Positions 12,616 through 25,485 of a stretch of 64,000 bases of DNA are shown here, piece by piece. Source of the DNA: Eledone cirrhosa (lineage: Eukaryota); NCBI GenBank assembly GCA_964016885.1, contig OZ024740.1, positions 18,290,001 through 18,354,000 on the forward strand, in the 5' to 3' direction. Under the pieces are notes generated by a model, which did no database searches, was not told the DNA's origin, and worked only from the letters and a program-made list of their open reading frames with translations. How positions within the stretch are numbered: position 1 is the stretch's first letter; each line of letters opens with the position of its first letter. The position numbers were made by a program, and so were the translations under genes.

Positions 12616-12811
12616 TAAAATAACAGATTAAAGTTTAAGCAAAGAATCGCTGCTTCAGAAGATCCCGTTAAGGATGAAAGCAGCAATTCTTTGCTTAAAC
12701 TTTAATCTGTTATTTTAATAAATATTTACTCTACAGTTCTTATATATTTGATATATATTTATCCTTATTGAGCCCTCTTTGGATTTTAGTCTTCAAATTT
12801 ATTATTATTAC
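12608..12811 (+). mobile_element. Miniature PLE insertion: inverted partial pLTR plus pLTR 3' end
   Basis: Inverted arms ~12608-12654 and ~12679-12726; sequence is the reverse complement of 50198-50352; flanked by (TA)n. Confidence 0.75.
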
Positions 12812-13315
12812 TATATATATATATATCATGTGCGTCAGTACTCATCTTTGTCCATTTCTTGGGGGGGTTCTAAACCCCACTGTCGGGCTATAATTTCTTT
12901 AGTCAAAAAATGCTACAATAGCTTCTATTTCTAATTTCAAAGTCGCTTGCTGTTTCAAAAACATACCTGTCATATATTACCTGTCATATATATGAATGGA
13001 AGTAATATAATGTGTGACACTTTTACTACTTGGGAGCTATTTCTCGCAGAAAAGGTAACACAAAAACACAGTATAATTAGCAGACACAGGTGTAGCTAAA
13101 CTAGAAAGGTAAGAATTATTTAATGTAAAGGAACAAATTCACAATGATAGTGGAAGAGATTAGACATTTCTTTCTTTCATTATGTGATGTAATTTCATGC
13201 AAAAGAGGACTTTAAGAATTTTATAATTAAAAAAAAAAAATCTCTAAAAGATATTTTTCAACCACTTATGTTTAAAATTTAACTATTTAAAACTATCTCA
13301 ATTTCAGGCCCACTA

Positions 13316-13360
<45 letters not shown>

Positions 13361-13400
13361 CTCTCTCTGTTTGTCTATCTATATATATAGAGAGAGAGGC

Positions 13401-13524
13401 AGGTAAAATCCTGACCACGATGCCAAGTTGTTTTGGCTTGTATTCAGCAAGCCTTTATGGAAGACTTGCTGAATACAAGCTGAAAAGGCTGAAACTGCTT
13501 GGCATTGTGGTTGGGCTTTTACCT
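13401..13524. repeat. Imperfect palindrome next to (CT)n/(TA)n
   Basis: AGGTAAAA...GCTTGTATTCAGCAAG / CTTGCTGAATACAAGC...TTTTACCT. Confidence 0.7.
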
Positions 13525-13744
13525 TCTAGACCATCCTGCCTCTTCCTATAGAGTACTCCCCCAATTTGTGGTCTCCCTGGCCTCAGCACTGCAAACTTTA
13601 TCTGTCTCTCTAAATATATATATATGTATGAGAATGGTATACATAGAACAACAAGTAATAGTGAGGGATTTATATTAAATAAATGGGTAAGTTTAGTAAT
13701 AACAATAGCAAAACATTAATAAATAGATCTAATAATACTAATAA

Positions 13745-13890
13745 TAATTGTTTCTAATATAGGGCAAGGCCATGAATATTTTTGCAGGGAGTTGATTAAA
13801 TCCCTGTAGTTGTTTACTATTATTTTATTGACCCTAAAAACACACAATGTAAAATATTGATCTTGGCAAGGATTTGAATTCAGAATGGAA
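13745..13890 (-). mobile_element. Degenerate SINE family A
   Basis: Reverse-strand tail (GTTTCTAATATAGGGCAAGGCC on +) and B-box remnant; another tail remnant at ~14145-14245. Confidence 0.5.
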
Positions 13891-14349
13891 AGAGATATTA
13901 TTCCATTATTCTATTATGTGTTCCAGCTGAGAGGCTGAGGCCATGCTGGAGCCCCCCCCCCCTGATGCTACACTTTCTATAGCCAGCCTTCTCTGGTTGG
14001 CCATTGATGTAAAAGGGAGTTTGTTGTTGCTGCTCTTATTTGTGCTTCACCTCGTGCTGTGGGATATTGGTCAACAGAATGTTGAGATGTCTCTTAAAAA
14101 CCTCTACATGTCCACCATGTAGATCTCTCAGAATTTTTTATAATAATGATTTCTAATTTAAGCACAAGGCCAACAATTTGAGAGCAATGACAGTTGCATA
14201 CACCCCAGTACATGACTGATAATTTTATTTTATAGACCCTGGAAACTGATAAGTATGAAAGCTTGTGTGTCTGTTGTGCAGGATATCTAGAATTTGGTTG
14301 TCATGGAAGTTAAACAATGCTCTGAAAAGTCACTTGATGTATGGCACAT

Positions 14350-14770
14350 CTAGAACTGCTGTGATTCTACCAGATGTCATGACACCAACTAGAACCATGA
14401 TTGTACCAGATGTCATGACACCAACCTGATATATGGCACAATTAGAACCATGATTCTACCAGATGTCATGACACCAACCTGATATATGGCATAATTAGAA
14501 CCATGATCTACCAGATGTCATGGCACCAACCTGATATATGGCATAATTAGAACCATGATTCTACCAGATGTCATGACACCAACCTGATATATGACATAAT
14601 TAGAACCATGATTCTACCAGATGTCATGACACCAATCATGCGTGACATAACTAGAACCATGATTCTACCAGATGTCATAACACCAACTAGAACCATGATT
14701 CTACCAAATGTCAGGACACCAACCTGATGTATGGCACAACTAGAGCCATGATTCTACCAGATGTAATAAC
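14350..14770. repeat. ~52-bp minisatellite (TAGAACCATGATTCTACCAGATGTCATGACACCAACCTGATATATGGCATAAT-like)
   Basis: Direct tandem copies with indels. Confidence 0.92.
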
Positions 14771-15327
14771 AATAACATAGAACTGTAGATAGATCCACAA
14801 GTTACTAGGGTCATTGTAATCAACTTTCCCCTTATTTGAATTTAATCAACTAGCCCCCCCCCCCTCTCCCCACAACATAATTTGTGGTTGGAGGTTGGAA
14901 GGAGAACAACATCAACAACAAATTCATTTCTCAGTTCTCATACTCTATTTTGGTTTGAGAATGTTGGCATAAAAAACTCCAAAGAGAGAAATAGATAACA
15001 GAACTTTTAAAAATAAATTCTGCTCATTTATGAGTGAAAGAAGCCTCTAATAACAATAATGGTTTCTTTATTTATAAGGCCAGACTTTGCTGTTCATCCT
15101 TTCAAAGTCCAGAGACAATAAATACCTGTCCAGGTGTGGTAGATTGGCAGAATTGTTATTGTCAGACTGGATGCTTTGTAATATCTGTTCTGGTTCTTTA
15201 TGATCTCTGTCCAAATTTCCACCTGTCTTCTTTTTTTTTTGTTTTTCTTCTTTTTTCTTCATTTTATTTTTTATTTTTAAAAACATTTCTGGGGATAGAC
15301 AGAATCATCGAAATGCTGTACAAAATA

Positions 15328-15505
15328 CTTTCTGGTATTTATCCCAGTTCTTTCTGGTATTTATCCCAGTTCTTTCTGGTATTTATCCCAGTTCTTTCTG
15401 GTATTTGTCCCAGTTCTTTCTGGTATTTATCCCAGTTCTTTCTGGTATTTGTCCCAATTTTTTCTGGTATTTGTCCCAATTTTTTCTGGTATTTGTCCCA
15501 ACTCT
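15328..15505. repeat. 22-bp minisatellite (TTCTGGTATTTATCCCAGTTCT)
   Basis: About 8 tandem copies. Confidence 0.92.
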
Positions 15506-15744
15506 TTATATTTTGGTTCAAATCCTACTGAGGTCAACTTTGCCAGTCATGTTTCTAGGATCAATAAAATAAAGTACTGGTCACTTAGTGGAGCTGATAT
15601 GGTTGATTGTTTCCTCATACACAAGATTTTGTAGACTTGAACCTAGAGCAAAGGTCATCTAGCTACTATTATATACGGTTGTTCAAATGTCATCAATTAT
15701 ATCTCTGTGTAACATTGTGAAGTATCATGATTTTAATAATAATA

Positions 15745-15980
15745 AAAATATATTGATAAAAGAATTTGATAAATTAAGCTAATATAAAGATATAGAGATA
15801 GATATTGAAAAGATGTGGCACCTTAAGATGAAATAAAAAGCCCTATTCACCATATGGGCCTTAGGTATAAAAACAAAATAGTGTAGGAAACATCTGAGGT
15901 TTACCATCTCTTCAGGAAATTCCAAATATAGTATTGACTAGTGTTGCATATATACTATGAAAAGCCTTCTCAATATAAAC
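15745..15980 (+). mobile_element. Degenerate RLE-type (R4-like) LINE 3' fragment
   Basis: KYKDIEIDIEKMWHLK-like coding remnant homologous to 37320-37540; a second remnant (GALGMIKK) lies at ~16310-16450. Confidence 0.55.
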
Positions 15981-17369
15981 AGGAATTCTGAAGGTGCTGT
16001 AAATTAATGTGACATATATTAGAGGGTGGCTAAAGACAAGATGGTGCAATGATACCTTTGCCCTCACATGGCTTGGAATGATAGGAAGTAGTGGAGGCCC
16101 TCGATTCAGGATTTAGGATATATATTAAGACTTACAATTCAATATTTAATACCAAGTTAAATGTATATAAACTAGACATTTTTTCTGTAAATAATGTGCA
16201 TTTGTGGCACCTCCTATCCAGGTAGTTAAAAGCTATTAATCATTTTCCGTCTCTTAGGTAATAACTCAGTAAGTGGTTGTATAGCTATAATAATAACAAC
16301 AATAATAATAGGTGCTCTGGGAATGATAAAAAAAAAAGCACAAACAGATACATAACTAAAACTCCAGGACTTATAAATATATACAACATAGAAAATATAG
16401 CAATACTAGGTACTACTCACATATAAAGAGAATTCTCAATATAATAGAAACAACACCATCAATACTGCATGTATCCAAGGTGTGCAGAGCTATGCTCAGT
16501 CATGCAGTGACGATATGCAAAATAATGAGGATGATAATAATAATTTGCCTCAGGTGTCAGGTTGACTTTTGACATGATTTGGGAAACAAGCAGAATTCAA
16601 AGGAAGTTTCAAATAATTGTTTCTACTTTTGGAACAAGGCCAGCAATTATCCCAGTGTATTACTGGTACTTTATTTTATCAGTAATATACTGGGATAATT
16701 GCTGGCCTTGTGCCAAAAGTAGAAACAATTATTTGAAACTTCCTTTGAAGTTTCAAATAATAATAATTTCTTTATTGGCCACTAGGGCCAACATATAGGG
16801 GACAATACAGTGGGGGGGGGGTACAATAATAATAATGGGTTAATTTATAGGCCACAAGGGCCGACATTAACTTTGTTTCTGTTGTCAGTCTCATTCCTGT
16901 TATTTGGGGTGGGGTTATGGTGTGTTTAGTTTACACCACCACCACCACTACTACCACCACCACTACTACCACTACTACCACCAACACCACTGCTACCACC
17001 AACACGACCCCCCCCCCCCCCCACCACAACCAGCGTTATATTATCTCATCTCCATGTAATGTTATGTTGTAAACATATATCTGTTGTTTGTTCCTGAATT
17101 AAGTGCCCTTTGAAAGAAATATTCAACTTTTGCTGACATTAGTTATCTTTCCTTTATATCTGAATTGAGAGTAAGCCTTAATAGATATGTTTATGTATAC
17201 ATAAAGTGAATATATATTTATATATGTATATAATTTTATAAATGTATTTGTGGGTGTATATGTATACAAACAGCTACACACAGGTACTGTATATATATAC
17301 ACATACACACCTATATATATTTGTGTGTGCATATATATATATATACAGCCACACCTATATATGTTTGTG

Positions 17370-17408
<39 letters not shown>

Positions 17409-18056
17409 ATGTATGTATATATATAAAGGTTTGTATATGTGAAACTAATAAGACTGCATTTTTTGCATCTCTGTGTTTGTCTTGTATATATATATGTTTG
17501 TTGTTTGTGTGTGTGTGTGTGTACTTATATATATATATATGTTTGTTGTGTGTGTATGTACTTATATATATATATATATATATATATGGAATGATACACC
17601 CACATATGTTTGGGTATTTATAGATATTTGTATATATATATATATACACCATTTCCAGAAGATACCTCCCAACATATGAGTCAGTGGATGGGCGTTAGCA
17701 TTTTAATAGGCTTTCCACCACCACCACCACCACAACATCAGCCCCATCCCATCTACCATTTACACCAACACCTTTGCGCCTTTTTATAAACATTTCCTTA
17801 ATGAGTGCCTCAGAATGTGATGTGAAAAAAATGCTCTGTCTTCTATCCCCCCCTCCCCCTCCCGTAGGTTTGTGTGTTTCCGAAACGTTTGTCAAGTATT
17901 TAATTAATATGTACAGAATAGTATGTGAAGGTCATGACTGGAGGGTATGTTTAATATAGAAAAAACTTTGTCTTTCTTTCACATTTGGCCAGTTATTGCA
18001 GTCATCATCATCATCTTCATCTTCATCATTATAATTATTATTATTATTATTATAAC

Positions 18057-18995
18057 GCCATGCTTTGACGCATAGAGTTACGGCCCTTGCCATTCTGAGT
18101 TCAAATCCTGCCAAGGTTAACTTTGCCTTTCATCCTTACAGGGTCGATAAAATAAAGTACCAGTAATACACTGATTTAATTGCTGGCCTGGTGCCAAAAG
18201 TAGAAACAATTATTATTATTATTACGCTGGTGGATTGGCAGAATTGGTAGAGCGTCGGAGAAAATGTTTTGCAGTATTTAGTTACGCCCCTTTATGTTCT
18301 GAGTTCAAATCACACCGAGGTTACAGCTTTGCCTTTCATCCTTACGGGGGTTGATAAAATAAAGTACCAGTAACATACTGGAGTCAATTTAATCGACTTT
18401 CCTCTTCCCCCAAATTGCTGGCCTTGTGTCTAAAATCAGAAACCATTATTATTAGGGCAGTGAATTGGAAGTATTGGTAGAGCATCCAACACCATGCTTT
18501 GCAGCATAGTGTTACTTCCCTTTACGTTCTGAGTTCAAATCTCATTGAGGTTAGCTTTGCCTTACATCCTTATGGGGTAAATAAAATAAAGTACCAGTAA
18601 TGCACTGGGGTCGATTTAACCGACTTTCTCCCCTTCAAATTGCTGGCCTTGTGCCTATAGTAGAACTAATTATTATCTAATGTAGTGGGATTGACTAGGT
18701 AGAGCAACAGACAAAATTCCTTGTGGTATTTAGTTAACACTCTTTTATGTTTCCAATGGCCATCTTGTTCAACTTTGACCTTCATTATTTCATAAAATAA
18801 ATAGGGCGGTGGATTGGCAGTATCGGTAGAGGGTCGGACGCCATGCTTTCCAGAATAGTTACGTCCCTTTACGATCTGAGTTCAAATCCCGCCGAGGTTG
18901 ACTTTGCCTTTCATCCTTACGGGGTCGATAAAATAAAGTACCAGTAATGCACTGAGTAATTTGCTGGCCTTGTGCCTAAAGTAGAAACAATTATT
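18057..18995 (+). mobile_element. Tandem cluster of 4-5 SINE family A copies separated by (ATT)n
   Basis: Repeated GAGTTCAAATC B box, GCCTTTCATCCTTACGGGGTCGATAAAATAAAGTACCAG core and TGGCCTTGTGCCTAAAGTAGAAAC tail; the last copy (~18803-18990) is flanked by ATTATTTCATAAAATAA direct repeats. Confidence 0.9.
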
Positions 18996-19614
18996 TCATA
19001 AAATAAAGTATTGGTCAGCTAATTAAAAGGGTATTAAATGGTATAACCCATCCCCCATTAAATGTCAGGTCTTGTGCCTATATTAACAAAAAAAAAAAAT
19101 AATAATAATAATAATAAATTCATTAATGAGACGATAAATTTTTTCTTAATTTAAAAAATGTTCTATTATATAGCTATATATTTTTTAATGATTTATTCTT
19201 TACGAAACGACACTCATTAATTATAATTTGTGTGAGTGTATATATACATACATATATATATATGTATATATACATATGTGTGTGTGTTTGTATCTGTGTG
19301 TGTAGATATGTCTGTGTGTTTTTCTCCTTAATCTCACTATGTAATAACATATCAGTATAGTTTTGTCCTTGTCATTCTCATCAATGTCTTGATTTCTTAA
19401 ATTTTTATCTCATCTATTTTTTTTTGAAATTTTTTTCGTTTTCTTTTTCTTTTCTTCTTTTATATAAAATAATAATTTGCAAATGAAACAAAATGGAGGA
19501 GTTATTTGAAAATTTACAAAAAAAACAACTGGAACTTTCAAAAATAAAAATAAAATAAAAAAATTTCAGAAATTTTGTTTTTTGTATTAAACTTCTAACC
19601 ACATGCCCATAGTA

Positions 19615-19990
19615 TATGGACATGTGGTTAGAATGTCTCAGGAAAGAATTGCTTGACAGATTTGTAGTCTGGAGATCAGAGAGTCACTCCAGGTAGAGCC
19701 ACTACTTCTCTGAATTGATAGATCACTGCTCCGGTACTATGGACATGTGGTTAGAATGTCTCAGGAAAGAATCGCTGGATAGATCTTACGAGCCAAACCA
19801 ACCGGCAGGAGACTCAGGGGTAGACCCCGGGCAGGATGGTTGGATAACATCCATGAGCTTGGCTGGTCTTGCTTGGGGATCCAGCCGGATCAGCTGGAGA
19901 CAGTTGCTTCTGACAGGATCCACTGGAAGGAATGTTTGAGGACTCTGCCCCTATGACCCTCTCAGGAATAAGTGGGCAAAGAAGAAAGAG
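19615..19990 (+). mobile_element. RTE LINE 3' end fragment with an internal duplication
   Basis: YYGHVVRMSQERIA...RRLRGRPRAGWLDNI remnant followed by a GAAGAA tail. Confidence 0.7.
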
Positions 19991-20311
19991 AAGTATTAAA
20001 CTCCAAATATAAACACTTTCTTGGCATATGGCAGTAGAGACTTCTGGTGTTTTGGGCCCCCTGGACAATATCACTTCTCACTACTATTGGGGCAGTGATG
20101 GCTACCTGCAGTAGGAAGCCGGAGTTGGTTACCTGCAGGAGGGAGCCCTACAATTTGGAATGGCTATTCTAATGCGTCTTCTTCTCTATCCTCCTGGGGC
20201 AATGTTTTCTCTGTTCTGACCACTGGGACTGCAGGGTGGCATACACATGGGTTCTTACACCAAGGGAATGCTTCCCCACTCTGATGCTAAGCTGGTCAAC
20301 TGTAAAACAAG

Positions 20312-20347
<36 letters not shown>

Positions 20348-20804
20348 TCTGTAGGAAAGGAGAGTGCTTTTTTTTTTATAAAGAAAAGCCCAAAATATCA
20401 TAGGGCTCTTACATATAAAGTTTAGCTCCATGTTTCATAACATTATATGCCTCCTTCTTCTTCTTCTTTAATCGGAAAATTTTCCCGTGCCACTACCCCC
20501 ACCCCCTGATACCAGTTAATTTTCTCCTCCTTTTCTTGCACTCTTGTGTCAAAAGGGCAAGCTACATATATAATCAAACAAGATCTTATTTCCTTGTCTA
20601 AACCCACCAGGCCAGACCTATTGTGTTTTAATTCTTTATCTGTTTGTATCCTAAAATCCCACCTTCACCTGTTTTCTCTCACTGACTCTGGCTTATGCTC
20701 ATACCATTTCTCAGAATGAGAGAATAAATTATTCAGTTTGCATAAATGCCAGTGAATCACATTTCCTATGATATCATGCCTCCATCTTTTATAGTGAGTC
20801 TGGG

Positions 20805-20975
20805 CTAGGCATTTAGTTATGGCCCTTTATGTTCTGAGTTCAAATCCTGACATAGTTAGCTTTCCCTTTCATCCTTACAGGGTTAAAATAAAGCAACAGT
20901 AACGCACTGGGGTCAATTTAATCAACTTCCTTCTCCTTGAAATTGTTGATTTTGTGCCAAAAGTAGAAACACTTA
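20805..20975 (+). mobile_element. 5'-truncated SINE family A
   Basis: B box GAGTTCAAATCC, core and tail present. Confidence 0.75.
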
Positions 20976-21368
20976 TCATTATTATTACATTTAGATCTGT
21001 TGTAACATCAATTTCATGTAGCGATAAAAAGGTAGAGGGACATCCATGAATGGCTGGTTTCCAAATACCTCAGACTAATCTGTATCACTCGAGGGTGGAT
21101 TTATAAATCATCATTGCAAATTATTGAAACACATGTGAAAGCATACAGTGCTCTTACTACTTGAAAGGGAAACCAGCTGTATCTACAATATGGTACCTAG
21201 TGAGAACATGGTGGACTCTGAGGATAAGTAGTTAAATAGTGTAGACCATAACTATATATACGCAGTTCAAGACAACTGGTAGCTAAATTGTGGTGACTAC
21301 GGCTGTATGTTATATATGTTAGGACAACCAAGAGTTAAAATGTAATTATAAAAAATCTAAAGTCTGTC

Positions 21369-21620
21369 TCAAGCCAGTGCTGATCCTGGTTTCTGTGACA
21401 GTACTGAAGAGTACAAGACTTCCTCCTGGACAGGATGCCTGTCCACTACAGGGTTAAACCACCTGCTATTGCTGGCACTCATTTTCAGCTGAGTATACTG
21501 AAGCAACATGAAATAAAGTGTTTTGCTCAAGAACACAACAGACAAACCAGTCAAGGAATCAAACTCACAACATTATGATTGTAAGTCCAATGCACTTCCT
21601 ATTAGGCCATGCGCCTCCAT
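21369..21620 (-). mobile_element. tRNA-derived SINE family B (CORE-like segment plus V-like segment)
   Basis: On -: tRNA-like head, TTCTTGAGCAAAACACTTTATTTC, then CCCTGTAGTGGACAGGCATCCTGTCCAGG. Confidence 0.65.
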
Positions 21621-21644
21621 TAAAATGTAATTATAGGTAAGCAT

Positions 21645-22200
21645 ACACCTGCCAGTCATGATACCATTTCCAACCCAGCTGTGCATACCAATCTAGTTCA
21701 TGAAAATAATGAACAGGAGAGGTGACAGTAGGCACCCTTGGCAGAGTCCAACTCCCACATTGAATGGTTTTGATGTAGCACCATTTATCTGGACACAAAT
21801 ACTTGGACATTCATATAAAGACGTCAGGGCAACAAGGATGCATACTGTCACCTTTCTTGTTCATTATTTTCGTTAACAGGATTGATATGCACAGCTGGGT
21901 TGGAAGTGGTATCACGACTGACAGATGTAAAATCAGTTTGTAGACGACATGGTGTTACTTACCTCGATAGGTGATCTCCAACTTGAACTTGGTAGGTTTG
22001 CTGCTGAGTCCTGCACGGCTGGAATGAAAATCAGTGCTGTGAAAACTGAAACACTCATCTTGCCAAAGAAGCCTGCGCAGTACACTCTACATGTGAATAG
22101 AGTTCCACTGAAGCAGGTGGAGAAGTTCAAGTATCTTGGATCTGTGTTCACTAGTGATGGAAGGCAAGAGGCTGAATTAAATGCAAGAATTGCAGGTGTG
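21645..22200. mobile_element. Degenerate RTE RT fragments in inverted arrangement
   Basis: The - strand piece (QGCLLSPLLF) and the + strand piece (DD...VEKFKYLGS) share an ~85-bp inverted duplication. Confidence 0.65.
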
Positions 22201-23313
22201 CAATCACATGGCAGCAGGAAAGAAAGTGTGTTCCAGAGAATGAATGCAGGTGGTTTCTGTTCTGTGGTATATCGTGAAATTTCCAACCTCCGAATGGATT
22301 TTCTCACAGGAAGAGTGCTGCAAAAATAAATTCTCTGGCTTGTTCTGCTGGTTTTGGTTGTTGATGAAGCTGTGTTGCTGTTGTTGTCTCGCGGAGTGAG
22401 CGTATTCGATGTTTAAATTCACAGTAAAAATATTTTTTTCAGAAAAAATGAGTTGCGCAAAGTGCTAGAAATAACAGCCGAAGTTGATGGTCGATGTTGA
22501 GAATGCGTTGACCTGGAAGGGTCAAGAAGCCAGCGACCAAAGAAATAAGCATTCTGAATAAATGCGCAGTTTTCAACGGCAAATTTACGTGGTAAATTTT
22601 TAAACCGGCAAATAGGAGAATATAGCTTAAGGCTGGAGAATCCTTATCGAGAAACGTTATCCCTGGCGTGTGGCTATCTCAGTGAATCGAGATATCTCCG
22701 TGAGTCGAGAATCCTGCTGCCTACACGTGCCAAAACAAGGTTAAGTTGAAAAAAAAAATATTTCTAATGCGCGAGAAAATGATAGTGCAACAGGTCGCTG
22801 GCAGCCATTTAAAAAAAAATGTGTGTGTGAAAGTGACAATGATGAAAAAGAAAGAAAGGCTTCACTTAGCATAACAAATATGGCGAGTTCAATTTTTTTC
22901 TCCTTTTGGTGTGAACTTTGAAAAAAACTTGAACGATGAAGAAAACGATGAAAAAAAAGGCAATGGTTGAGATTCATCGAAAATAAATGTTCATGTTGGA
23001 ATGTTTAAAAAAAAAAAAAAATCAAATTTCTTTTTTTTTTGTTTGTTTTTAAAGTGTTCGTTGTAAGAAACGAGAAACATATACATATATATATACAGTG
23101 AACTGCGAGAGTTAGTGGATGCGTGAGGGAAAAGGAGTCTGTCTGAACGAAAAATTTCACATGTGCGAGTGTGCTTTTCTTTGACTGCGTATTTTCATAG
23201 TTTGTCAATAAAATTTGCTGTGTATTCGTAATGTTACTCACACAACACCAGATTCTGCTATTTTTTTCTTTTTTCGGGGTCACCACTTATAAAAAAATAC
23301 TGGGGTGTATGAA

Positions 23314-23638
23314 TGTAACAAGGAGACGTGGTTTGTGTGTATAATATTTAATAAACAATTTGTGGATATATAGAACAGTATAGTTGACATGTCAATGAAT
23401 AGATGAGAGAATGAAACAAAGTTATTAGTTACCGTTTGGTTGCCAGGTGAACGCGCCTGGGCGACGACTCCTGGCGAAGGCCAGGAGCCGAAAAGGCGAA
23501 TGAGAGATAGGGTGCTTAACGTTATTAGTTTTATAGGGTTCTGACCGGAAGTTACAGAAAGGGTTCTACTTCCTGTCTAGAGAGCGTTAATCTATTGAGG
23601 TTGTGAGTGTCACAACAAAGGAGGCAACTCCTGCTACA
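23314..23638. mobile_element. Possible solo LTR or small TIR element
   Basis: Ends TGTAACAAGGAG / CTCCTGCTACA are imperfect inverted TG...CA termini; no TSD found. Confidence 0.35.
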
Positions 23639-23664
23639 TATGTATAAAGCTATGTAGAAGCTAA

Positions 23665-23732
<68 letters not shown>

Positions 23733-23855
23733 GTTATAGTGTGGTAGTTCACTATTTTCATTGAGATATTCTGGTTACATTGAAACGCTGGTAGATGTAT
23801 AAATAAACAATAATAATATTCATCCTTGGTCTTACTGAATATTGAATTATATATA

Positions 23856-25485
23856 CTAGCTGACGTACCCAGCTTCACCCGGGTAAACAGATGATAAGAG
23901 AAGACAGGTAAAAGAGAAAATGACTGTATTGGATGTTTGTCTGGTTACAGTATGAGGCGAGTCCCTGGTGTCTGTGTGATACAAAAAACAGAAAAAAAAT
24001 CTTCCAGATATACACACATACACACACACAGGTACACACACACACTACACACACAATACACACACACATACACACACACAGGTACACACACCCAGGTACA
24101 TACACACTATACACGCACACACACAACACACATACGTACACACACACACTACACACACATGTACAAACACACACGACACACACACACACTATACACACAC
24201 ACACTACACATACACACACACACAGGTACACACACACTATACACACACACAACGCCTTTTTCCAGTGATTCTATAGATTTTATAGCCACGAGTTTGTAAT
24301 TTAGTCCAAGGTTTCCAGCTGGTGGGCTTCCATTTGAAGGAGGGGAGAGCGAGAGAGAGGGGGGTAGTGAGAGGTGGGGAGAGGGAGAGAGAGGGGGTAG
24401 TGAGAGGTGGGGAGAGTGAGAGAGAGGGGGGTAGTGAGAGGTGGGGAGAGGGAGAGCGAGGGGGTAGTGAGAAGTGGGGAGAAGGAGGGGGTAGTGAGAG
24501 GTGGGGGAGAGAGAGGGGGTAGTGAGAGGTGGGGAGAGGGAGAGAGAGGGGGTAGTGAGAGGTGGGAGAGAGAGAGAGAAGGGGGGTAGTGAGAGGTGGG
24601 GAGAGTGAGAGAGAGGGGGTAGTGAGAGAGAGGGGTAGTGAGAGGTGGGGAGAAGGTGGGGGTAGTGAGAGGTGGGGAGAGTGAGAGAGAGAGGGGTAGT
24701 GAGAGAGAGGGGGTAGTGAGAGGTGGGGAGAGTGAGAGAGAGGGGGTAGTGAGAGGTGGGGAGAAGGAGGGGGTAGTGAGAGGTGGGGAAAGTGAGAGAG
24801 AGGGGGTAGTGAGAGGTGGGGAGAGTGAGAGAGAGGGGGTAGTGAGAGGTGGGGAGAAGGAGGGGGTAGTGAGAGGTGGGGAAAGTGAGAGAGAGGGGGG
24901 TAGTGAGAGGTGGAGACAGCGAGAGAGAGGGGGGTAGGGAGAGATGGGGAGAGGGAGAGAGAGGGGGTAGTGAGAGAGAGGGGGGTAGTGAGAGGTGGGG
25001 AGAGTGAGAGAGAGGGGGTAGTGAGAGGTGGGGAGATGGAGGGGGTAGTGAGGGGTGGGGAGAGTGAGAGAGAAAGGGGTAGTGAGAGGTGGGGAGAGTG
25101 AGAGAGAGGGGGTAGTGAGAGGTGGGGAGAATGAGAGAGAGGGGGTAGTGAGAGGTGGGGAGAGTGAGAGAGAGGGGGTAGTGAGAGGTGGGGAAAGTGA
25201 GAGAGAGGGGGGTAGTGAGAGATGAGGAGAGGGAGAGAGGGGGGGTAGTGAGAGGTGGGGAGATGGAGAAAGAGGGGAGTAGTGAGAGGTGAGGAAAGTG
25301 AGAGAGACGGGGGTAGTGAGAGAGATGGGGAGAGGGGGAGAGACGGGGGTAGTGAGAGATGGAGAGAGTGAGAGAGGCGGAGGTAGGGAGAGAAGGAGAG
25401 AGTGAGAGAGACGGAGGTAGGGAGAGATGGGGAGACAGAGAGAGCGAGAGAGACGGAGGTAGTTAGAAAGGGTTAATATTATAGA
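23856..25485 (-). mobile_element. Non-autonomous Helitron with internal CA-rich and G-rich satellites
   Basis: On -: 5' TC preceded by A at 25486; 3' hairpin ACCCGG-GTGAAG-CTGGGT shortly before the terminal CTAG, then T; no TSD. Confidence 0.75.
24340..25465. repeat. G-rich minisatellite (GGGGGTAGTGAGAGGTGGGGAGAGTGAGAGAGA-like)
   Basis: Direct tandem units of 26-34 bp. Confidence 0.92.

Noticed and set aside
18803-18895. tRNA gene
   Set aside because: The A and B boxes belong to a multi-copy SINE head; no cloverleaf.
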